This document shows positions 28,001 to 31,649 of a stretch of DNA of 31,649 nt, piece by piece (position 1 is the stretch's first letter; each line of letters begins with the position of its first letter). The notes under the pieces are model-generated. The model searched no databases. It was given only the letters and a program-made list of their open reading frames with translations, and was not told the origin of the DNA. The DNA is from a virus. Lineage: Duplodnaviria > Caudoviricetes. The stretch covers positions 1-31,649 of IMG/VR virus record IMGVR_UViG_3300037465_000370; one strand, written 5' to 3'. A program made the translations under genes and the position numbers.

Positions 28001-29522
28001 TCCCGATCGAGGATAGGTATGCTTCAATGACACCATCGGCCTTGCCATTCTCATCGAGTTTACGTTCTAACATTTTGCCTTCGGGGCTGAGGCTGAGATT
28101 GTAACGTTCGATCATTCGCTCCTGAGCGGAACTAATTATGCCGGGCACATTTGTTAAACTCTGCACAGTTCCGCCCGCAATGGACGGAATTGCGCGGGTC
28201 ACGATCTTCCCGGCAGCCTGCTTGAGAGCCCCACCCTTGACGGACGCTTCAATAACCGCCCTCGGCGCCCATCTAACGACCATCTTTCGGGCAGCATCGC
28301 GAACCGAAGCCCCGAGCGGACCCGACAGTGCAAACGCCCCGCCGTACCCTACAAGGTTTGCCACCCCGGCGCCTATGTTGTACCCTGCACTACGCTCCAC
28401 GAGCCCCTCAAACTGTTTGACAGCCATGTAGGCATCGAGCAACGCCTGCTCACTCGCGGTCCGCTCCTTCTTTTTAGCAATATCTCCGATTTTCCACGTT
28501 TCGGCGACAAGGTTGATTTCGCGCAAATACGGAATCACGCTTTGCCAATTATCCCTAATTCCTTCAACAAACCCTCCACCGGCGTCTTTGATTTGCTGAA
28601 GGTACGACTTTGCAGCGATAAGGTCTTTTCTTGACTGCACAGCTTTAGTACGTTCCTCAGCACTCTTCCCCTCGTCTTCTTTGCGATACCCCCAATCGTA
28701 CTGTGCGCTGCCAAGAGTTTTGTCAATATCTGCTATTGCTTTGTCCGCATAACTCTGTAGCTTCTGCGCTTCGTAAACACGGAACGACTTCTGAACAATC
28801 TCATCTGGTGTTTTCTCAAGAATTTCCCTTGCGAGCTTATCAGTCTCAAACAGTTGCTTGTGTTTGGCTTGTAACTTGTTAAGCCTCTCTATGTCCTTTT
28901 GGGCGCGCTCAATTCCCGGGTGAGACTCAAGCGCTTTTAGGCGCAACCCCGCGACTTCACTCGGACTCGCACCGTATGCTTTAAGCTCTTCTTGGTATTT
29001 CTTCCAAGCCTGATTCTGCTCCACATTCTTTTCTAACGTCTCGATTTCGCTAATCACTGGAGCAAAATCATCTTGGTTCAGTTCCAGAGCCCGAATTGAC
29101 TGAACTGCATCGCTAAGCTGTTTAGCTTCTATATCCTTGTGCTCGCTCTCTTGCTTCTTCGGGACAAACGCGTTAGCTATTGCGGCATTTGTTTGGGCGA
29201 GAGAACGCAGTGCATCGGAATCGCGCTTAGCGATCTCGTCGGCAATTGCGCTACGATTCTGCGTTGGCGGCGCGGTGAATGGTTGCGGCTGTTGTAATGG
29301 GACTTGTATCTGTTGAGTCTGTAACTTGGTGTCTTCACCAGATATCACTTGTGACTCATAGTACCCGTAATCCCCAAGGTCGTGCGTGTCTTGTAAGTAT
29401 TGGTAAACTTCTCGCCGGTACGCGCTATCATCGAGGGCGGAGCTAAATGTAGGAAAGTCAATCTTCTTCTTGTCGTCTTCAGAGAGTGAGTTCCAAAGAC
29501 GTTCCCTGTACTTAGCGCCCAT
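16080..29522 (-). CDS. Giant DarB-like polyvalent virion/ejection protein (N6-adenine DNA MTase + SNF2-type helicase + accessory domains)
   Basis: 4480 aa. KYVGWGG (~25610), motif I VLEPTVGIGNF (~25390), motif IV IGNPPF (~25200). Helicase DHVVGSGKT (~23340), VDESH (~22850), ATGTP (~22700), LDCPWRPSDIEQREGRIIRQGN (~21690-21757). EELVH zincin-like (~20115), LPD23-like FDKKKRFEIDDSKAK (~19640), long coiled coils and an LPD38-like C-terminus. Confidence 0.9.
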   Translation of the reverse strand: MGAKYRERLWNSLSEDDKKKIDFPTFSSALDDSAYRREVYQYLQDTHDLGDYGYYESQVISGEDTKLQTQQIQVPLQQPQPFTAPPTQNRSAIADEIAKRDSDALRSLAQTNAAIANAFVPKKQESEHKDIEAKQLSDAVQSIRALELNQDDFAPVISEIETLEKNVEQNQAWKKYQEELKAYGASPSEVAGLRLKALESHPGIERAQKDIERLNKLQAKHKQLFETDKLAREILEKTPDEIVQKSFRVYEAQKLQSYADKAIADIDKTLGSAQYDWGYRKEDEGKSAEERTKAVQSRKDLIAAKSYLQQIKDAGGGFVEGIRDNWQSVIPYLREINLVAETWKIGDIAKKKERTASEQALLDAYMAVKQFEGLVERSAGYNIGAGVANLVGYGGAFALSGPLGASVRDAARKMVVRWAPRAVIEASVKGGALKQAAGKIVTRAIPSIAGGTVQSLTNVPGIISSAQERMIERYNLSLSPEGKMLERKLDENGKADGVIEAYLSSIGMNASEYVTESWGVLAEEPMRLIKRVMLGSWMEKRAIGSMAKAYDEIKKKIGYNQIAGEVFEEMANAPLSAAADKRSWKPLVPFTEDSGYMTPEQIAETAAVVAFPGAVGTVARFSDLLRRQQPQYKSAQQSQPKGVEEALQTPPPLDVNAQPEGEAAQPGEGALQSDAKTPQPEVGMESPQISIPSRDVNDERPFHVVAWEFADKWNEAVSAHLRPLEEQLALLKEEAKGKRGGELRLLKSEQKRIKAQIKSVGDAFNKARFNVFVKESDQILAEARRRDIRFDDKEEEQDFVQFVQERIDLTNPITYERNWNKKFSDLFDDAVADWKSKTGASKERKEKNAEAVSGDKAKTPKRGETNRGSKNVRSEDLDQQREGQGGAEQESERPAEKVKSPLITTKSDDAAESATTEVSDDAKATPSTPLADASATSRKYGGIAVGSVIAYRKAMDKAKAGNAADLVGLLHTGNKNLRRLFTDETGVKLPKTEGGSRAAIRAWAETQREAQAESSQLPKLPPPAPPAGGKSLKEKAAVTSAEIDNLWADFNKSLGQLQFGLSPEQLAIGVKLVAKYTELGVYKFADIAEDAYKRFGEKAKQLLEALKAAYASYAATAPGSVADKLSELKEVRAFSFGQRTTELIEEEQITHEPTFKEVEEDATKLAKPSRKALAGISAPKIQVSDKEREAEAGTGASGEADAVRDAGTRSSGGDVSGGVGTSEGKVSVSTRGAGRGTADNSSLRSTEGAFQNYRITETDRLGEGGISTKFNDNLAAIRLLKQLEKESRNPTREEQAILVKYVGWGGIKSVFPDAHGKHAKGWGDRHAQLKELLTDEEYAAARRSVLDSHYTSEAVVSAMWAIAQRLGFNGGLVLEPTVGIGNFIGLVPQDIAASTKFTGVELDPITAAIAKHLYPESNIIGSKGFQDVPFEDDYFYLAIGNPPFGDQPLPYGQSKHLKGFSIHNAIIAREVDKVAPGGIVINVITKSFLDKAGEKQRQYIAHRTKFIGAIRLPNSAFQENANTEVTTDIVILQKLPKEEWGKSDQSWTTTTTISDPLGGEAIPINTYFADNPDMMLGTMQRSGKMYRAGEATLVPFKDRDIRELLNEAIQKLPQNIIPHFSTTNLSDKAVEAQGDGGYFITDGKVYQKLSAPDGTVQTIEITPDTVWSEKQLWGKIRVERLKGAIRIRDAVRKQLKLEYDDAPTEEIEKSRKLLNAIYDDFVNRFGFLSSRSNQQVFADDQDAPLLLSLEGRYDAGVSAQRARALGAPERKPTAVKSMIFSTRVLTPYAQPTFADSAQDALFISLAEKGRVDIDYMAGLTRKSESEIIKDLSEREKPLIFKNPLGGWEYAEHYLSGNVKKKYNEAMEAGLEKNAEALLAVFPKDVPAGEIRARLGVPWISEKDYESFAAYILGEGTQASIKLLPTGGFSVNIVAGSDTRNKYEYGTQAMPAERILSLTLNSKDIVIRDRDGAIDREATEEARQKQSLIRQEFDEWIFKDRERRQRLVKYYNDNINVSVKPKFDGGHLTFPGKAHDIKMRNHQENAVWRIIVLGKALLDHVVGSGKTYTMIAAAMELKRLGLARKPMVVVPNHLVEQWSADFLRLYPGAKILSMTRKDFSAQNRKHLLARIATNQWDAVIIGHSSFGFIGTGKEQEIRFIEEQVRSIQGSIDIIREQEGRQARRVRDMERSREKMLAKLKELTDKPKDDFLTFDELGVDYLFVDESHSFKNLFFSTSRQMLGLGNPQGSKKAMDMFIKTRWLQEKNGGKGVVFATGTPISNSLTELYTLQRYLGMDELTRINIKSFDQWFAMFGDELPDYELDGTGVRYKSVTRLRAIVNLPEMMAQYQQFADSVPISEAKRMYNEQYGKKFPIPKVKGGKPENVVVPRSREQSEYMESIVDRAQNLTFGGKDNMLVITMDARKAALDMRLINPHYVDREGGKVDEAADRIMGIYTKWEEQKGTQLVFLDLSVPMRAAAKESARIRKLIQDAESGSEEAQEKLAAITPDQIASAQVALNGFSVYDDLKAKLIRRGVKEKEIAFIHDYDTDEKKADLFEQVNAGKIRVLLGSTEKMGAGMNVQKRLVALHHLDCPWRPSDIEQREGRIIRQGNLLYEADPENFAVEILRYSTELTYDARMWQVQEQKLRGIEGIRSFAGEREMEEVAAAAASAAEMKAAASGNPLILEDVQLAEQIRRLEMLKRTHSKNQYELEDTLKRYEMQIRELPSLIERIRDDVKLSNAYNETPYGDNPPTGTVEGKTVSSAKEALELAFESIRRQKAEQGIVETNQDDSDDGEQKGGHKRPKYSVEVNGVKITSEAALFAAVHEHWGDRTPFAMTIDGKRYISLREAAAAIMERARDFGRRLNSSPPELSIGEIGGFNVTLTYSPQWSGTMIVNLLRGDRRYDSSPVVYDPDKSSEIGLRVVNKAVSLITAAIPSNLRYAEASLEQAGREIDDVRANVGKPWGKEAELEQKKAHHAEVRRMLASEGTPLASFDPRRVAVRLNGKVFVGNPGEIHADLLKQMSPQEQFDYLDGRGEDGYADNSGQFLTRSEAISYRLAERKSTVEEELEPVMSQLSPSVRGDIIIVTSSSPVLPEAIRAMSRRAIAAFYNGKIYIFSDKKVSPHELQKVLIEELVHYAIAVNPSNVFDQMFGVDNETFLDKVWADYESEIKKQEWYARYSSTPGYNPDSTNGRRSLANEYVAKLVENPYENIPLYRRLLVWVRGQLRKLFPHLKYSNAELAVFVRRAFKGMADNPTTPANTKVPLFLYAGKSATGFATAKKFTGKFDKKKRFEIDDSKAKVNGTEVSAYHMADSKQPMFRSAAIRVDDGTIYEGKSHPDAMEQLLSDEYYGMTENEQQNYLDAMLDRVTAGFMTGEGKFVTRDEAVEMIREASVGSPNREQILDKSANADSYDLREVGALANQQSDDDILARLKPIIEATGGYNVKVRTWMGRPVVYFEHKDVTAGGRHVPTTFVRFPEAVDTPEKIRSVVNEKRSEYGEPPLAHLQDDAPVITGIKNAVTLEERRARDRREVEVLTRRTFGDAFERGKGLVDSGEIDPRILAMTLSDTPRALSAEESVVLIYDRMRLRNEHQRLVDRLSDNMTDEERANLRTEMRHLEELINTNDEAARRTGYEQGLGLAARKLMISQDYSLVEILRRATQLNNGKELTEQERLRFEQLEKELAEANRKLEEQEKKLKDQKILEAIREQLEKELAEAKGARKKKTIKPADDLKRKIIEARGGDISRDDLDALIKAITKEKVAAGEDDVDKLVLDVQYEISSFVKITEREVRDIISDYGKTVEMSKDESDVRLRELRRQARLISAIEDAKSGQRPLRSGLQRDASTQRVRELTRELNEALRRSGIPKISLDPEHQMKSALDAIKTRLRHEIEDLTKMIDTGVVNRPQRRRVEYDEEAMALKERRDSLKELVDQIDGGEQDYERLLRQAIQAAQRAIDDYEKRIASGNLSPKKKIQSVWSVELGKLKERQELLRRQVAAARAALMTPEQQLMNRKEAIRRQIAALEQKISQGDFTKKKRRRPIPDRETLSLRAEVKRLRQTIDSKIADIERRNRSFDETLRAELVDALNVPRAVMAAFDMSMPFRQAVIQTASHPIIAAKAFGSMHRAFFSEKAFREVDAEIESRHNWVLYRQFGLDILNPDERGPLSAREESFASHIAERLWIIGRGVRMSERAAYTYTNKIRADIFDLYAEELDKAGYSPVTNPEAYDALAKWINVTTGRGSYGRMTQYAPLASAVLFSPRLLKARLDVIANVSMYKKMPKELRILAMKDILKFVGAGIALLTLAAASGLGEVELDPRSVDFGKIRVGNTRIDPWGGFSQIIRFFAQFISAQRKTGKGQLVNMDNKTPTSGNRLSLALRFGESKLNPQTGLLVEWLRGSDYLGNKFEWGDALVQRAVPLYLQDAYDATRQMGWRGALVTLPGFYGVGTMSYDGAESQRKMAKKYAKDLIRKEIMRSE
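18361..18486. repeat. Perfect 33-bp direct repeat inside the giant gene
   Basis: tttgcctcggcaagctccttttcgagttgctca at 18361-18393 and 18454-18486 (93-nt period); encodes EQLEKELAEA twice. Confidence 0.9.
25757..26041 (-). CDS. Nested TnpV-like protein in +1 frame of the giant gene
   Basis: 94 aa. HWREFQPQKYKSLIKSGRL...AAKQT...EAWEQVRERYLFPPEE resembles the TnpV pattern (H.P..Y..L..SG.L...A.E.V..E.I). AAAGAGGT SD upstream. The host frame is low-complexity here. Confidence 0.7.
   Translation of the reverse strand: MLQNWQNQAERHWREFQPQKYKSLIKSGRLKQELERAAKQTLFEMQELAAAGATYQEAWEQVRERYLFPPEEQEEELPTTPAYEALKERFKTTE
26828..26980 (-). CDS. Nested small basic protein in +1 frame of the giant gene
   Basis: 50 aa MPKQYQAIKQRLLREGKPIGEAKMSAARIWISKGKG... 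Purine-rich leader AAGGAAAGAAAAGAGAAAA. Resembles small phage proteins of the MP..Y..I...L...G.....AK..AARI type. Confidence 0.6.
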   Translation of the reverse strand: MPKQYQAIKQRLLREGKPIGEAKMSAARIWISKGKGRAERSRRAKDLLKR

Positions 29523-29531
29523 CGTCCCCTC

Positions 29532-29738
29532 TCATTCTGGTCGTATTGTAACAACTGTCGAATTGCGCACTACTGCCGTGCATCTGCACCCCGGCTTGAT
29601 TGGATATTCGCCATCGCCAAGCGTTGGATATGCTTTTTCCGCTTCAGCGGTGATGGTCTTTTTGATTGTTTCGATATCGCGCCCCTCAACTCTCTCAAGA
29701 TAGCGGACGATTGCATGGTCGGTGACACCGATACGCAT
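29532..29738 (-). CDS. Small protein with VTDHAxxRYLER motif (DUF4258/RelE-BECR-like)
   Basis: 68 aa, VTDHAIVRYLERVEG...VVRNSTVVTI; GAGGTG SD. Confidence 0.65.
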   Translation of the reverse strand: MRIGVTDHAIVRYLERVEGRDIETIKKTITAEAEKAYPTLGDGEYPIKPGCRCTAVVRNSTVVTIRPE

Positions 29739-29739
29739 C

Positions 29740-30726
29740 TCACCTCACAACGATCTTTTTCTTCTTTGGCAGGGGTATCCCCTTCGGGTTCCCGCCTGCA
29801 TCCGTAGTTGGGTTCCCGTACTCATCGAATGTCACTTTCCAACCGTGCAACTTTTGCAACTGGCGCATCCCTTTCCCGATCTCTTGCTGCTGATACTTGA
29901 GAGATTTTCTTAGACCTTCCTTGTTTTTTGCTTGCAGGAGAGCAATATGCGCCGGGCTTAGTATATCAGCGTATTCAGGCTGAGCTGCAATTTCTTCCAG
30001 CTTGCTCTTGTCGAGTGCATCTATCTGAGCAAGAAGGTGTCGCGTCTTCTCACTCTTACGCTTCAACCCTTCCATATCGAGGAGTGCCTGTCGCTGTTCC
30101 TTCTTACTATCGCGAACGGCAGCATACTGCTGATACGCCGTCATCCCGTCATTGTCTCTAACCTCACCAGCGACATGCTCGCGCAGCGCACCGGTCTGCG
30201 GGTTTTGGAGTATTATATGGCGCTTCCCGTCCTTGCCGACATAGGCGTCAATCTCCTTCTCCAAGGCACTTTTGTCATCATACTCTTCAACAACCGACTT
30301 TCGCCCTGCAGAGAGCGCAAGTTTGTAATAATCGGCGAGGGCTTTGTTGTACTCTGCGCGATCTTCGCTCTCTTGCTTTTGATACCCGGCATAGTTTAGC
30401 AGTGAGCGCAGTCCCGGCGTGAGGTTTGCAAACGTTCCTTGTGTGCCAGTCCCGCGTGAAAACAGCGCCGCGAGCGCTGTCCCAGCGAGCGATCCAATGG
30501 CAAATCCTTTGGCCTGCTCACGGCGTTCGTTTTTGCGCGCAGCGTATTCTTCTTGGGATGGCTTCGCTCCAATGAGATTCTCCGCCAACGCCGGGTCGTA
30601 GATCGTGTACGAACTACGACGCTTGGTGCGCTTGGTTGTTGGTAAGACTTCAACGACTGAGGTGCCGGCGCCGGGCTCGTCGTCTATCTCGTCTAACACG
30701 AACGGCAGTGTGCGGTTGCGGTTCAT
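29740..30726 (-). CDS. Putative ejection (internal virion) protein
   Basis: Start re-assigned to ATG 30726 (ATGA overlap with upstream stop), 328 aa. Gly/Ala hydrophobic segment GFAIGSLAGTALAALF followed by coiled coil. Confidence 0.6.
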   Translation of the reverse strand: MNRNRTLPFVLDEIDDEPGAGTSVVEVLPTTKRTKRRSSYTIYDPALAENLIGAKPSQEEYAARKNERREQAKGFAIGSLAGTALAALFSRGTGTQGTFANLTPGLRSLLNYAGYQKQESEDRAEYNKALADYYKLALSAGRKSVVEEYDDKSALEKEIDAYVGKDGKRHIILQNPQTGALREHVAGEVRDNDGMTAYQQYAAVRDSKKEQRQALLDMEGLKRKSEKTRHLLAQIDALDKSKLEEIAAQPEYADILSPAHIALLQAKNKEGLRKSLKYQQQEIGKGMRQLQKLHGWKVTFDEYGNPTTDAGGNPKGIPLPKKKKIVVR

Positions 30727-30932
30727 TTTAGAAATATGAATTGCTGCGGCTGATAATACTTCGCGAGACGGCGCTTTTTCTCCTCGCGCGTGATTTCTTT
30801 TGCGCGGGATTCGCCCGGTTCTTGCTTGACACGATCTTGCTCTTTGCTGGATTGCTGTACGGGAGGGTACGCAGGATGGTCGTCTTTCAAAGTTCCTCCG
30901 AATAGTTTGTGTATAAATGGGATAACTAACAT
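30723..30932 (-). CDS. Hypothetical protein
   Basis: 69 aa; fits between neighbours and is coupled to the downstream ATG. Confidence 0.55.
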   Translation of the reverse strand: MLVIPFIHKLFGGTLKDDHPAYPPVQQSSKEQDRVKQEPGESRAKEITREEKKRRLAKYYQPQQFIFLK

Positions 30933-30942
30933 TCTTCACTCA

Positions 30943-31449
30943 CTAATTTTTGCTCAGGATTGAATACCACGCCGGCACGGCTTGAACGAGAGCATCGCTG
31001 AATTGTCGCTGAGCGAGGACATCGTTTTCAGCTTCTTCTGAATCAAGGGCGAGCTTTCTCAGAGACAACTGCTGCGCTTGATTTTTGAGCGATTGTCGCT
31101 GCTTGTAAGACTGTAGTAGATTATCCATCATCCCGCGCGTGCGCGCTTCGTTGATGGTTTGTAATCGTCCAAGCTGCGCCTCAGGGGTCTCGCCGGATGC
31201 AGCCGCCTTTTGCCCAAGAACATCAAGGTCATGTCTAAAACGTTTATCAAGAAACGCTTGATTAGACTTATACAACGCTGAATCCTCAACACTCGCTCCA
31301 GCCTCAGCGTTGATGTCGCGGATGAGCTGATCAACCGCCCTGATCTGTGCTTCGCGCGCAAGCCTCCGGCGGCGCCCTGCTCCGCTGAACAGATCAACTA
31401 TTGACGGTAGGAGAGAACTCGCCGCACCGATTGCAATTGATTCTACCAC
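30943..31449 (-). CDS. Putative small ejection (DNA transfer) protein
   Basis: Start re-assigned to GTG 31449 (AAAGGTG upstream, downstream of a promoter), 168 aa. MVESIAIGAASSLL..DLFSG plus an Ala/Gln coiled coil is typical of podovirus ejection proteins. Confidence 0.6.
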   Translation of the reverse strand: MVESIAIGAASSLLPSIVDLFSGAGRRRRLAREAQIRAVDQLIRDINAEAGASVEDSALYKSNQAFLDKRFRHDLDVLGQKAAASGETPEAQLGRLQTINEARTRGMMDNLLQSYKQRQSLKNQAQQLSLRKLALDSEEAENDVLAQRQFSDALVQAVPAWYSILSKN

Positions 31450-31473
31450 CCTGGCACCTTTTTGTTTTTTTTG

Positions 31474-31502
31474 AATGTACGACCTAAGATTGTACAAGTC
31501 AA
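31474..31502 (-). promoter_or_regulatory. sigma70-type promoter for the ejection-protein operon
   Basis: TTGACT-17 nt-TACATT followed by an A-rich leader and GTG 31449. Confidence 0.65.
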
Positions 31503-31648
31503 CATCGGTTGTTAGCTGCCGTGTGCCCGCTCGGCATAGCCATGCCTGCAACGTCAACCTCACGTCGGTTGCCGTACTCGTCATACTTGCCTTCCCAGAT
31601 TAGCTCTGTCTTGCGTGTACTCAGTGGGTGCGGGTTGTCGGGGCCAAA
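31499..31648 (-). pseudogene. Truncated N-terminal fragment resembling a type III R-M Mod DNA methyltransferase; 5'-partial
   Basis: Hand translation FGPDNPHPLSTRKTELIWEGKYDEYGNRREVDVAGMAMP-SGHTAANNRC*. The first 39 aa match from memory the NPHPLS..KTELVWEGKYDEYG.RREVD N-terminus of a Mod-type family; the sequence then diverges and stops. Confidence 0.55.
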
Positions 31649-31649
31649 G

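Larger units (their letters stand above)
1..31649 (-). mobile_element. Tailed phage/prophage morphogenesis region (podovirus-like)
   Basis: Co-oriented TerS-TerL-portal-scaffold-capsid-adaptor-tailspike genes plus ejection-type proteins. No tape-measure, sheath or tube gene recognised in the window. No att site or integrase seen. Confidence 0.95.

Noticed and set aside
30727-30939. N-terminal 71 aa of the listed 399-aa ORF
   Set aside because: Arg-rich off-frame reading of the 69-aa gene; the ATGA-coupled start at 30726 is more plausible.
31505-31525. attC-like GCAGCTAACAA at the Mod-fragment breakpoint
   Set aside because: Does not fit RYYYAAC exactly, and no convincing complementary attC arm structure was found.
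31450-31584. N-terminal 45 aa of the listed 213-aa ORF
   Set aside because: Overlaps a promoter and the Mod-like fragment; GTG 31449 with an RBS is the better start.
1-31649. CRISPR array, tRNA, DGR template/variable repeats, alternative genetic code
   Set aside because: No spaced repeats, cloverleaf, reverse transcriptase or adenine-variant repeat pair seen by eye. Genes are full-length in the standard code and use all three stop codons.

Overview
The whole window is part of a tailed dsDNA phage or prophage, with every credible gene on the minus strand. The architecture is podovirus-like. In transcription order: a truncated N-terminal fragment resembling a type III R-M Mod methylase; a sigma70-type promoter; putative ejection proteins; a 4480-aa DarB-like polyvalent protein (N6-adenine MTase, SNF2-type helicase, degenerate zincin, LPD-like modules); small accessory ORFs; TerS; TerL; a separately promoted 4-gene insert; portal; scaffold; major capsid; head-completion/adaptor genes; and tail appendage genes. 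Three things stand out. (1) Four virion-region proteins carry Sec signal peptides predicted to be cut before Gln. They include a beta-helix tailspike and a peptidase-S74 tail fibre that is missing from the ORF track. (2) The same four proteins are about 6-fold enriched in the Bacteroidota O-glycosylation sequon D-[ST]-[AILVMT], suggesting appendages routed through the host periplasm for modification. (3) Two protein-like genes, one TnpV-like, are nested in the +1 frame of the giant gene. All family assignments are from motif recognition by eye; no database search was run.
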